Shown: piece after piece, positions 1-9,091 of the stretch
How positions within the stretch are numbered: position 1 is the first letter of the stretch
How the letters are laid out: each line of letters opens with the position of its first letter
Origin: an uncultured Myxococcales bacterium
Lineage (GTDB): Bacteria > Myxococcota_A > UBA9042 > UBA3505
NCBI GenBank assembly: GCA_964594295.1
Contig: CAZQPP010000003.1
Location: 1-48,504 of the forward strand
Reading direction: 5' to 3'
DNA: 48,504 nt
Program-made: the position numbers and the translations under genes
Notes under the pieces: generated by a model
Seen by the model: only the letters and a program-made list of their open reading frames with translations
Told to the model about the DNA's origin: nothing
Databases searched by the model: none

Positions 1-3000
1 GCCCTGCGCCGTGGTATCCTGCGATGCTGAGATGCCGGCTATTCGCGGGAACTGCAGCCGCAGGTGCTCGACCTTGCGCTTGGCGCCCCAGCGCTCGTAG
101 ATCCCGAGCGCCGCCCGCACGTAGCCCTCCGCCGCTCGCATGTAGCCATCTTGCAGTAGACACTGGGCCGCCCGCTCGTTGGCTACCCCCGCGTCGCGCA
201 GGAAGCCGCTGTGCGAAGCAGCCTCGATAGCCTTCTCGTAGAGGGCGATCGCCTCGATCCCCTCGCCCTCCAACACGGCCAGCTCCGCCTCCATGAGGAG
301 CTGCAGGTGCAAGAAGTTGTCGGCGCAGGTCTCTGCCCACCGCGCCATCTGATCGTGGTCGCGGCGCAAGCGCGCCATTGTCTCGGCCTGCTCCTCGGGG
401 TCCAGCTCGTCATAGACGGAGGCCAGCACGAGGAAGGCCACGATGTAGTACCTGACAAGCTGCGGCAGCGACATGGACGACGCGATCATCGGGTCTTGCA
501 GGCGCACGTGCCGCAGCGCCTCGTCGTACTCGCCGTAGAAGCAGCAGATCTCCGCCTTGTAGATCTGGTAGTTCGCGACGCCGGTCATGAACCCGCGCTC
601 GCGCATGCCCTCGACCGTGCGCTCCTCGTCGAAGATCTCGTCGTTCATCGACAACAGCCCGTCGGTCAGGCCCTGGTAGTTGAGCTGCGTCTGTAAGAAG
701 AGGGTGCCCGAGTCGTAGGAGTCCTGGTACTCGCAGTCGCGCACGATCGTCAGGTACTTGCGCTGCTCGCGCGACGCCGTCTCGAGGTCGAGGGTCGGAT
801 CCCAGATGATACAGTCCTGTGCGCTGTACGCCAGGTACAGGAGATCCCCCGACTGGTAGCCGGCCTCGATACCCTTGCGAAACCAGGGCGTCATCGTCGA
901 CCAGTGATTGCTCCAGTGGTGGATGAACATCGCGTAGACGTAGATGACCCGCGACTTGAGCGCGACGTCCTCGAAGCGCTCGTTCATCGCCACCGCGAGC
1001 CGCCCGTAATGGAGCGCTGTCGCCGGGTCATTCAGCGCGCCGCAAAGCAGCATCCCGTAGGCCGCGTAGGCGAAAGCGGACTCCGGGCTGTTTCCGTGGG
1101 TCAGCGTGAGGTTGACCGAGCGCAGCACGAGGAAGGGGAAGAGGTTGCCGCTGCCCGACAGGAAGGCGGCCGGGAAGATCTCCATGAGCAACCGGATCGC
1201 GATGAGCGTCGCGCGGTCCTCCACCCGCGGCGCGTCGATCAGATCCTCGATGCGCCTGCCGGCGAGGTTCTTCGGCACCGCCGCGATCTCGGCGTCGATG
1301 ACGGCCTGCGAGGGGTTCGCCGTGACCTCCATCCCCAGCAGGGCCAACCCCCGGATCGCGGCGTCGATGGACTCCTGCATCTTCCCGACGGTGGAGTACT
1401 GACGCGTCCGCGCCGACAGCAGCTCCGCGCGCTCGAGGTCGCTCCGCACCTGCTCGAGCATCATCTCGATGCGCGCCTCGGACTCCTCGTAGTCCGCCGT
1501 CAGGTAGGCGCACTGCTGATACTCGGTCCACAGCGCCTTGGTGAGCTCGTACTCCGTCTCCCAGGGCGACTCCGGCAGCAGCCCTATGCCGACCCCGAGA
1601 TACTCAAGGGCCGGGCGCACCGCCGACGAGCGCTGCGCCTTGATGCCCGCCTGCAGGTTGAGGCGCGCAAGCTCGACCCGCTCCCGGCCGTCATCGATCA
1701 GCGCGCGCGCTTCGTTGAGGTGCCCGACGACGTCGATCAGGCGCTCCTCGAGGGTGTCCTCGTCGGTCGCTTCGAGCATGAGCCGCCCGATCGACAGGTG
1801 CACCTCCTGCTTGCGCTCCGAGTCGATGAGCGCGTAGGCCGCCTGCTGGACCCGGTCGTGCTGGAAGGCGTAGCGCGGGTTGACCTCGTCTGCGTCCAGG
1901 GCTTCGGCGCCGGGTTCCGCCCCTCGGTCCGCGCCTACCAGCAGGTAGCTGCCGCTGAGCGGCACGAGCGCATGGTGCGTCAGCGCAGCCTGAAGCGCCG
2001 TCGCCGTCGCGTCCGGTGTCGACGCGTGGATGATCGAGAGCGTGCGCAGGTCGAGCTGCGCCCCGATGCAGGCCGCGAGCTGCAGCACTTCCTGCGTCTG
2101 CTCGGGTAGCTTCCGAAGGTTGGCGACGACGAGCTCGACCACGTTGACGCTCGTCGCCGCGCGCTGCACGCGCCCCATGTCCCACGACCAATGCCCCGAC
2201 GCGATGTCGAAGGCGATGGCCTCCTCGTCGTGGAGCGTGCGCAGCAGCTCGTTGATGTAGAAGGGGTTGCCCTCCGTCCGCTCGAAGAGCAGCGAGGACA
2301 CGGGCGCACACCGCTCCGCCGGATGGCGCAGGGTATCCGCCACGAGCTGTCCGACGGACTTCGGGTCCAGCGGGCGCAGGGACAGCTCGTGCACCGAGTG
2401 CGTCTTCTCGACGTCGTTGAGCATCAAGCGCAGCGAGTGGCCGGCGTCGACCTCGTTGCTCCGATACGCGCCGATGAGGAAGAGGTGCGTGATCTCCCGC
2501 GCCGTGACGAGGCGTTGGATGAGGTTGAGCGTGGGCGCGTCGCTCCACTGCAGGTCGTCGAGGAACACCACGAGCGGGTGCTCGGCCGTCGCAAGCACCT
2601 TCACGAAGCTCATGAACACTATCTGGAAGCGGTTCTGCGCCTCGGTGGGCGGCAGCTCCGGCACGGCCGGCTGCTCGCCGATCACGAGCTCGAGCTCCGG
2701 GATCAGGTCCACGAGCACCTGCCCGTTGGGTGCGAGCGCCTCCTGCAGCGCGCTGCGCCAGCGATCGAGGCGATCGGGGGGCTCGGCCAAGAGCTGGTTC
2801 ATCAGCCCGCGAAACGCCGCCGCGACCGCCGCGTACGCCGTCCCTCGCTGGAATTGGTCGAACTTGCCCTGGGTCAGGTAGCCGCGCTCCCGGATGAGCG
2901 GCCTGCTGATCTCGTTGACCAGCATCGACTTGCCGACCCCCGAGTGTCCCGACACGAGGCACAAGACGTTCTTGCCGCCGGCGACGCGCTCGAAGAGCCC

Positions 3001-3999
3001 GGTCAGCTCATCGAGCTCGGCCTGGCGACCGTAGAGACGCTGAGGGATCTGCAGCCGCGCGGAGACGTCGCGGCTTCCCAACGGGAAGGGGGCGACCGAG
3101 CCGCTCCGCTCGAGCTCGTCACGGCATCGCTCGAGGTCCGTGACGAGGCCGAAGGAGCTCTGATAGCGGTCCTCCGCGTCCTTCGCCATCAGCTTCAAGA
3201 CGATCCCGGACAGGGCCTGCGGGACGGAGGGCAAGAGGTCGCTGGGAGCGGGCGGGAGCTTGCTGATGTGCGTGTGCACCCACTCGAGCGCGGTATCCGC
3301 CTCGAAAGGGAGCCGGCCCGTCAAGAGCTCGAAGAAGGTCACGCCGAGGGCGTAGTAGTCGGAGCGGTAGTCGACCACGCGGTTGATGCGGCCGGTCTGC
3401 TCCGGAGACAGATAGGGCAGAGAGCCCTCCAGGCGGCGGGCGATGTTTACGCTCTGGCGCTCACGATCGAGCTCGGAGGAGATCCCGAAGTCGATGAGCT
3501 TGATCTCGTCGTGCTCCTCGTCGATCAGGACGTTGCGCGGCACTATGTCCTTGTGGACGACGCCGCGCTGATGCACCTCGCCCAGCGCGCGCGCCAGCTG
3601 GATGGCGATCCGGAGAAACCTCGGGATCGGAAGAGGCTCGCGATCACGGGTCCGCAGCAGCTCGTCGAGGGAGCGCCCGAAGGGCGCCATGCACAGCGCC
3701 AGGTTGCCGTGGCCCCAGGGCTCGATCGAGTGGACCTCGACGACGCAGTCGGAGTCACCGAGCGCCTTCGCGATCCGGAACTCGCGACGAAGCTCCGCGA
3801 TCTCGTGCCGTGAGGGGTACTCGGCCTTTAGCGTCTTCAAGACGACGGGCGCGCCGTCGCTCAAGCGAACGCCGCGGTAGATGGAGCGCAGACGCGAGGA
3901 GTACATCCATTCGCCGACCTCGAAGCCGGGAATGCGCGGTACTACGACGGCGCCGAGTGTGGGCTCGGTCCTCTTCAGACGCCGAACCTCTCCGCCCAA
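1..3999 (-). CDS. Ser/Thr protein kinase fused to a P-loop (AAA-type) NTPase and a TPR-like helical region. Partial: the C-terminus lies beyond the window start.
   Basis: Absent from the ORF track because the frame stays open to the window edge. Hand translation of the minus frame (codon first positions divisible by 3) gives the catalytic loop HKDIVPRN (3555-3532), DFG (3492-3484) and the P-loop GHSGVGKS (2949-2926). All track ORFs over 183-3813 lie in other frames and have shadow composition. The start is uncertain. TTG 3999 overlaps the upstream gene by 25 nt and keeps the conserved IPGFEVGEW N-terminus; ATG 3906 would delete it. Confidence 0.85.
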   Translation of the reverse strand, partial: MGGEVRRLKRTEPTLGAVVVPRIPGFEVGEWMYSSRLRSIYRGVRLSDGAPVVLKTLKAEYPSRHEIAELRREFRIAKALGDSDCVVEVHSIEPWGHGNLALCMAPFGRSLDELLRTRDREPLPIPRFLRIAIQLARALGEVHQRGVVHKDIVPRNVLIDEEHDEIKLIDFGISSELDRERQSVNIARRLEGSLPYLSPEQTGRINRVVDYRSDYYALGVTFFELLTGRLPFEADTALEWVHTHISKLPPAPSDLLPSVPQALSGIVLKLMAKDAEDRYQSSFGLVTDLERCRDELERSGSVAPFPLGSRDVSARLQIPQRLYGRQAELDELTGLFERVAGGKNVLCLVSGHSGVGKSMLVNEISRPLIRERGYLTQGKFDQFQRGTAYAAVAAAFRGLMNQLLAEPPDRLDRWRSALQEALAPNGQVLVDLIPELELVIGEQPAVPELPPTEAQNRFQIVFMSFVKVLATAEHPLVVFLDDLQWSDAPTLNLIQRLVTAREITHLFLIGAYRSNEVDAGHSLRLMLNDVEKTHSVHELSLRPLDPKSVGQLVADTLRHPAERCAPVSSLLFERTEGNPFYINELLRTLHDEEAIAFDIASGHWSWDMGRVQRAATSVNVVELVVANLRKLPEQTQEVLQLAACIGAQLDLRTLSIIHASTPDATATALQAALTHHALVPLSGSYLLVGADRGAEPGAEALDADEVNPRYAFQHDRVQQAAYALIDSERKQEVHLSIGRLMLEATDEDTLEERLIDVVGHLNEARALIDDGRERVELARLNLQAGIKAQRSSAVRPALEYLGVGIGLLPESPWETEYELTKALWTEYQQCAYLTADYEESEARIEMMLEQVRSDLERAELLSARTRQYSTVGKMQESIDAAIRGLALLGMEVTANPSQAVIDAEIAAVPKNLAGRRIEDLIDAPRVEDRATLIAIRLLMEIFPAAFLSGSGNLFPFLVLRSVNLTLTHGNSPESAFAYAAYGMLLCGALNDPATALHYGRLAVAMNERFEDVALKSRVIYVYAMFIHHWSNHWSTMTPWFRKGIEAGYQSGDLLYLAYSAQDCIIWDPTLDLETASREQRKYLTIVRDCEYQDSYDSGTLFLQTQLNYQGLTDGLLSMNDEIFDEERTVEGMRERGFMTGVANYQIYKAEICCFYGEYDEALRHVRLQDPMIASSMSLPQLVRYYIVAFLVLASVYDELDPEEQAETMARLRRDHDQMARWAETCADNFLHLQLLMEAELAVLEGEGIEAIALYEKAIEAASHSGFLRDAGVANERAAQCLLQDGYMRAAEGYVRAALGIYERWGAKRKVEHLRLQFPRIAGISASQDTTAQG

Positions 4000-4694
4000 A
4001 ACCCCGAGAAGGCCTCGTGGGCGCGGTCCTTCAGCGGCGCCCCGTGGCCGCACAGCGCGTGCTTGAAGGTGCGCTCCTTCAGGCGCGCGAAGTCCCCGGG
4101 CTTGGGGTCGGCGTGCTGCTGCCAGACCGGGCCGCAGTTGGCCTCCTTGAAGAAGCCGTAGCCCTTCATGATCTCGGCTGTCTCCGGGAAGAAGAACTCG
4201 TCGGGCTCGATGTAGTTCATGAGCGCGTCGCAGCCGATGGCGATGCCGCCTGCCCGATCCACGAGCAGTACGGTCTCGGGGAGCTTCGTCTCTTTGAAGG
4301 CGAAGACCTCACACCCCGCGAAGGGCGTCTTGGCGCCGGGGACGAGCTCCTCGTCCGGGACGAGATCGAACTCGTGCGGCACGCCCGGCGGCGCCCAGAA
4401 GGTAGCGCCGTAGCGGTCGACGTAGAAGGCGTCGTCTCGCCCGTGCAGCGCGCCGACGCGCACGACGTTGGTGACCTTGCCGAGAGCTTCGAGCTGCGCG
4501 AGCCCCTCGTCTCCAAGCCGGATCGCGTTGCAGATAGTCAGGCGATCGTCCTCGCGGACGACGGTCATCGCGCGGCTGAACTGCCAGAGCGAGTCGCCGC
4601 CGAAATGCCCCTGCATGGCACCGGTGACGAAGAAGACGTCAGGAAAGACCTCCTGCACGTCGCCATGAGGCAGAGCCGGATGAAACTTGTCCAC
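3975..4694 (-). CDS. hypothetical protein (possibly a degenerate metallo-beta-lactamase-fold protein)
   Basis: Track ORF of 239 aa with normal, non-shadow composition. The GTG start at 4694 is preceded by GAGAGGG. ALHGRDD and LCGHG only weakly resemble MBL metal-ligand motifs, so no function is assigned. Confidence 0.7.
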   Translation of the reverse strand: MDKFHPALPHGDVQEVFPDVFFVTGAMQGHFGGDSLWQFSRAMTVVREDDRLTICNAIRLGDEGLAQLEALGKVTNVVRVGALHGRDDAFYVDRYGATFWAPPGVPHEFDLVPDEELVPGAKTPFAGCEVFAFKETKLPETVLLVDRAGGIAIGCDALMNYIEPDEFFFPETAEIMKGYGFFKEANCGPVWQQHADPKPGDFARLKERTFKHALCGHGAPLKDRAHEAFSGFWAERFGV

Positions 4695-4789
4695 GTAAAG
4701 CCCTCTCGGTGGTCGTTGGGTGTTGAGGCCGCGATTATCGAGGCCAGTGAGCTGTCATGCAAGCCGTCGCGCGCGGCGTCGTCGTCTCC

Positions 4790-5578
4790 TCACTCGTAGC
4801 GGTAGCGACCGGCGTAGTGATACTCGATCGCATACTGGTGGAGGTAGCCCCGGAGGTAGGCGCGTTGGCTCTCCGTGAGCCGATCCTCTCTTAGGTCCCG
4901 CTCGGACTCTGCGCCGTCGCTCGAGTCCATGCGTCGCAGGTGAAAGAGCGTCATGTCCTTGCCGCCGAAGAGGTCCCAGAGCGTGCGGTGGAGCCAGCGC
5001 GCCTCGCTCATGTCGAAGACGTGGCCCCACAACGCGGTGTGCTTCGAGTGGCGCGCGAGGGACTCTGCGTCGAAGACCCGGTCGCTCGCGGGCGGCTCGA
5101 AGGGCGGTGGCGCCGGGCGCTGCAAGACGGGCTGTGAGCGCAGCCATTCGACGTAGTCCGGGTCAATCCCGGCGCTCTCGGCCCCCTTGACGAGGATGTT
5201 GAGGTAGCGCCGGGTCGGCAGGCAGCTGTCGTCCACGAGGACGGGCCGCCCGACGTAGGTGTAGGCCGTGATCGTCTCGCCCGAGTCGGTGCGGACGTCG
5301 ACCTCGACCCGATCGTAGCCGACGCCGCAGCTCTCGAGCGCGTCCATCCGCTCGAGCTGGCCGTCGGGGCAGGTGTGCACGACTCCGCGAACGACCGCGC
5401 CCGGCTCGTCGCTCGGGACGATGTTGCCCACCCCGCCCTCGTGCCTGAACCAGTGCGTGATGTTGAAGCGCAGGCGCCACCCCGGCAGGGCGGCGCGCTC
5501 CGAGCGGAGGGGCTCCACCCCTTTTGCGCGCAGCGATGCAAGCTCCATGTTCGAGCCGTAACCGAAGTAATGGAACAC
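4790..5578 (-). CDS. gamma-glutamylcyclotransferase (GGCT/AIG2-like) domain protein with a ~130-aa C-terminal extension of unknown function
   Basis: This is the last 262 codons of chimeric track ORF 4790..8545. The N-terminus FHYFGYGSNMELASL carries the YGSNM signature of GGCT-like proteins. GTG 5578 is preceded by AAGGAGGA. The remaining ~990 upstream codons of the track ORF are an antisense shadow of 5711..9028. Confidence 0.85.
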   Translation of the reverse strand: MFHYFGYGSNMELASLRAKGVEPLRSERAALPGWRLRFNITHWFRHEGGVGNIVPSDEPGAVVRGVVHTCPDGQLERMDALESCGVGYDRVEVDVRTDSGETITAYTYVGRPVLVDDSCLPTRRYLNILVKGAESAGIDPDYVEWLRSQPVLQRPAPPPFEPPASDRVFDAESLARHSKHTALWGHVFDMSEARWLHRTLWDLFGGKDMTLFHLRRMDSSDGAESERDLREDRLTESQRAYLRGYLHQYAIEYHYAGRYRYE

Positions 5579-5581
5579 GGA

Positions 5582-5589
5582 TCCTCCTT
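5582..5589 (-). promoter_or_regulatory. Shine-Dalgarno sequence AAGGAGGA for the GGCT-like gene
   Basis: Plus-strand TCCTCCTT at 5582-5589 is the reverse complement of AAGGAGGA, 3-4 nt upstream of GTG 5578. Confidence 0.7.
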
Positions 5590-5710
5590 TCTGCCGGCCG
5601 CGAGCCCGCGAGTATGCAACGTTGGGGGCAAAGCCTGTCAAGCGGGGCCGATTTGCCCCGCAGTCCGTAGCGGGTAGCCTTCGCGCCACACGAAGAAGAA
5701 GGGGTACTCC

Positions 5711-8700
5711 TTGGAGAAGCGGAGCGAGCGGATCGGAAGCGGCGGGACAAGCGTCGACGTCGGGCTGGGGTACTATGAGGACATCCACGGCCTGTTCAGC
5801 TTCGGCAAGTACGGTCCGAGGCTGGAAGACGCCATCACCTTCGTGTTCAGCCAGAGCCTGCAGCGCGACATGTTCTTCGGGGCCTGGGCGATGGGTTACC
5901 GCGCCGGGGACGGCGAGTACCGCGTCAAGATCACGAGCCCCTGCGACGACGTGTCGAGCTACGAGACGCACATCCGCGAGTACGTCGAGGCCGGAAAGGA
6001 GGCGTTGTCGACCTACTACGAGAAGATCCCCTACCGGGCGCGCCGGGGCTGGGACTTTCTCCTGCCCTTTGGGCTGGCCATGGCGAACGTGCAGTCGATC
6101 CAGCTCCTGCACTTCCCGCCGCTCGAGACCTTCACCTACAAGGACTACCTGTACTCGCCGACGAACCGGCGCTGGGAGTGCCTGCTCGCGCAGAACGGCT
6201 TCGACGGCGCCAGGAACACGCTGCTCGAGAGGATCGTGGACATCGCCCCTGTCGCGGCCCCGGGTGGCGCGGGCAAAGCCTTTGAGCCGTACAACCGGGA
6301 CTTCGTGGGCTACGTGAAGCGCCAGCTGAACAACTTCCTCCGCCCGCTCGACGCGGCCGACGGCGAGGTCACGCAGCCGATCGTCGCCTACGGCGGTCCG
6401 GTGCACGAGTGGTTGCCGGCGGCCTTCCCGGACCAGGTGACGTCGCCGCCGCACACGATGGACCTGCTGCAGCTTTCGATCGTGGATAGAGCTGGCGACG
6501 ACTCCGGGGCGAAGACGTGGGTGCTGTGCGCGCACCACCCGAGCCAGTACCTCTACGACACGGACCTGCCGCTCTCGCAGGCCTTCGTTCCCCAGGGCGA
6601 GTACGCCGCGCCGGCCGTCGTAATGTGCCAGGACCTCGTGGCCGCGCGCTGGCAAGCACACATGGTGGCCAACCCGGGGGCCGACCCGCAGCGCGTCTTG
6701 GATGACGCCATGACTCACTGGGGATGGGACAAGGCGGCGGGGACCGTCACGAAGGACGAGGACAAGCGCCGGGCGCTCCTCGCCGCCATGGCGGAGCAGA
6801 ACCACGAGTTCTCGTACGTGGACGACACGCCGCAGCCTACTCCGGCGCAGGCGGCGGCCACGCAATTCGCCATCCAGCGCAGCGCCGAGAGCGACCGGTA
6901 CAGCGTCTGGGCCTTCGAGCCGCTCACCGAGGAGCCCTTCGCGGCGACGAAGACCAGCCGGTCCGCGAGCTTCGACTCGCACAGGCGCCTGATGCAGGTC
7001 GGCGGGTACCTCGTCGCCTGGGGCGTGTCCGGCGACGAGGCGCACTACAGCTTGATCCCTTTCGACCGGAACAGCGGCAACCCGCTCGCCGAGAAAGAGG
7101 CGGGGTACGGCTACTGGAAGAAGAACAAGTTCTTCAGCGACTACCGGCCCAACTTCGGCGCGGACTTCGATCAGCTGGAGCTCATTGGGCTGCCCGGCTA
7201 CGTGCTCAGCGTCATCCCGGCGCCCGGGCGGCGCACCTACCAGCTGTGGAGCTTCGATCCCCAGGCCGACCGTGACTGCCTGTCCAAGGGGCCCTTCCAG
7301 CAGGGTGGCTTCCGGGACATCCCGGCGGACCACGAGCTCTTGGCCATCGCCGACTACGTCCTCGACCGCAAGGGCTCGAGCTACCGCGTCTGGAGCTTCG
7401 ACCCGCAGTCCTCGCCGCCCTTGGCCCTTCCCGCGGTGCAGGATGGAACCTGGACGGCCATCGACGACAGCGACGCGATGGCGGCGATCGGGGAGTGGGT
7501 CGTGACGTGGAAACGCACAGACCCGAGCGCCGGCTGCCGGATCTGGAGGTTCGACCCGACCCTCTCGGACCCGCTGGGGGGTGAGCCGGTCAACACCTGC
7601 GCCTTGCCGGAGGGCTTCGACGCGGGCAGCACCCTGTCCGGCGTGCTGCCGCCGGCGCCCCAAGACGCGGGGAAAGCGACGACGCCGGGCACCATCGAGT
7701 TCATGCGCGAGAAGATCGAGCACGTCGTCTACTACATGCTCGAGAGCCGCTCCTTCGACAACGTCCTGGGGTGGCTCTACGAGCGGGGCAGGACTGAAGG
7801 GCTCAACTGGATCGGCGGCCGGGAGGGCGGCTTCCGCGGCGTTGACACCTCCATGAGCAACACGCTCCCGGACGGCAGCGCGGCGAAGCTCTCGAAGTAC
7901 GAGGAGGGCAAGCTCAGCGAGGCCTTCGTGCTCGGCGGTCCGGCGCAGGACCCGTGGCACAACAACAGCGACGTGCTGATGCAGCTGTTCCACGGCTACG
8001 TGGGCTACGCGAAGCGCCGGGAGCCGACGATGGACGGCTTCGCGTGGAACCAGAACAGCGGCGGGGTCATGTCGACCTTCACGCCCGAGCAGCTTTCGGT
8101 GCTCAACGGGCTCGCGGCGCACTTCGCGGTCAGCGACGAGTGGTTCGGCTCGCTGCCGGGAGGCACGGACGTCAACCGCGGCTTCTCGGTCAGCGGCTCG
8201 GCCTACGATCGCCTCGGGACCTGGGAGGGCGGCAAGCCCTACGAGGACTGGCCGGACACGCCGCACCGCCAGTCGATCTGGAAGGTGCTCTGGAGCCATG
8301 GCCACCGGGACTGGAAGATCTATTACAGCATCCTCTGGGGGCAGGCGGTCTTCAGCTACCAGCTCTACCTCAAGGGGCAGATCCCGGAGGTGGACTGGGC
8401 GTGGGCGGCAGCCGAAGGAGACATGCCGACCACCGACTGGATCGCGCCCTACGACCAATTCAAAGACGACGTGAGGTGCGGCAGGCTGCCCAGGTTCAGC
8501 TACATCGAGCCGGCCTGGGTCGGAAAGGCGTGCACCTCGTATCACCCGGGCTCGTCAAAGGACGGCCTGATCTCGGTGGTGCCGGGAGAGCGCGCGCTCA
8601 ACGACATCTACGAGACGCTCACCGCCAGGGAGAGCATCTGGTCGAAGACCCTCCTCGTCGTCACCTTCGACAAGAACGGGGGCCTCTTCGACCACGTGCC

Positions 8701-9028
8701 GCCCCCGTACGCCAGCAAGCCCTGGCCGCACGACGAGGTGGACGGCTTCGCCTTCGACCTGTTGGGCCCGCGGGTCCCGGCGGTCTTCGCCTCTCCGTGG
8801 ATCAAGCCCAACACGGTGCTGCGCCCGGGCAAAGACGGCGTCTTCGAGTCGACCTCCTTCGCGGCAACCCTGCTCGACTGGTACGGCATCCCCCGCGGCA
8901 CGTGGGGGCTGGGCGATCGCATGCCCAGGGTCTCGACGATCGAGCGGGTCTTCACGGAGCGCGAGGCCCGCGAGACGGCCCCGACCCTGACGGTCCCGTA
9001 CGACAAGGACTTCCCGAAGGGCTCCTGA
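5711..9028 (+). CDS. phosphoesterase-family protein (phospholipase C / AcpA-like) with a ~390-aa unknown N-terminal region and five ~50-aa WxFDP repeats
   Basis: Track ORF of 1105 aa. The C-terminal ~440 aa carry IEHVVYYMLESRSFDNVLG, LLVVTFDKNGGLFDHVPPP and GPRVPAVFASPWIKP, which match the phosphoesterase-family pattern. The start TTG 5711 has an AAGGGG SD-like sequence 7 nt upstream, so the start is not certain. No signal peptide is visible. Confidence 0.85.
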   Translation: MEKRSERIGSGGTSVDVGLGYYEDIHGLFSFGKYGPRLEDAITFVFSQSLQRDMFFGAWAMGYRAGDGEYRVKITSPCDDVSSYETHIREYVEAGKEALSTYYEKIPYRARRGWDFLLPFGLAMANVQSIQLLHFPPLETFTYKDYLYSPTNRRWECLLAQNGFDGARNTLLERIVDIAPVAAPGGAGKAFEPYNRDFVGYVKRQLNNFLRPLDAADGEVTQPIVAYGGPVHEWLPAAFPDQVTSPPHTMDLLQLSIVDRAGDDSGAKTWVLCAHHPSQYLYDTDLPLSQAFVPQGEYAAPAVVMCQDLVAARWQAHMVANPGADPQRVLDDAMTHWGWDKAAGTVTKDEDKRRALLAAMAEQNHEFSYVDDTPQPTPAQAAATQFAIQRSAESDRYSVWAFEPLTEEPFAATKTSRSASFDSHRRLMQVGGYLVAWGVSGDEAHYSLIPFDRNSGNPLAEKEAGYGYWKKNKFFSDYRPNFGADFDQLELIGLPGYVLSVIPAPGRRTYQLWSFDPQADRDCLSKGPFQQGGFRDIPADHELLAIADYVLDRKGSSYRVWSFDPQSSPPLALPAVQDGTWTAIDDSDAMAAIGEWVVTWKRTDPSAGCRIWRFDPTLSDPLGGEPVNTCALPEGFDAGSTLSGVLPPAPQDAGKATTPGTIEFMREKIEHVVYYMLESRSFDNVLGWLYERGRTEGLNWIGGREGGFRGVDTSMSNTLPDGSAAKLSKYEEGKLSEAFVLGGPAQDPWHNNSDVLMQLFHGYVGYAKRREPTMDGFAWNQNSGGVMSTFTPEQLSVLNGLAAHFAVSDEWFGSLPGGTDVNRGFSVSGSAYDRLGTWEGGKPYEDWPDTPHRQSIWKVLWSHGHRDWKIYYSILWGQAVFSYQLYLKGQIPEVDWAWAAAEGDMPTTDWIAPYDQFKDDVRCGRLPRFSYIEPAWVGKACTSYHPGSSKDGLISVVPGERALNDIYETLTARESIWSKTLLVVTFDKNGGLFDHVPPPYASKPWPHDEVDGFAFDLLGPRVPAVFASPWIKPNTVLRPGKDGVFESTSFAATLLDWYGIPRGTWGLGDRMPRVSTIERVFTEREARETAPTLTVPYDKDFPKGS

Positions 9029-9091
9029 GCCCGGCGGGCCCGCGGACGTTGACGGCTTCAAGGAGCCGGCGACGGGCAGTATGCACAGCTC

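Noticed and set aside
904-3813. Long plus-strand ORFs 904..2109 and 2191..3813, and minus-strand ORFs 1028..1531 and 1691..2962
   Set aside because: They lie antisense to or out of frame with the kinase gene, whose HKD, DFG and P-loop motifs I verified in the unlisted minus frame. Their Arg/Asp/Glu/Leu/Val-rich or Arg/Ala/Gly-rich composition is typical of shadow ORFs in high-GC DNA.
5579-8545. The upstream ~990 codons of track ORF 4790..8545 (minus strand)
   Set aside because: This is an antisense shadow of the 5711..9028 phosphoesterase gene. The genuine GGCT gene starts at GTG 5578, which has a strong SD sequence.
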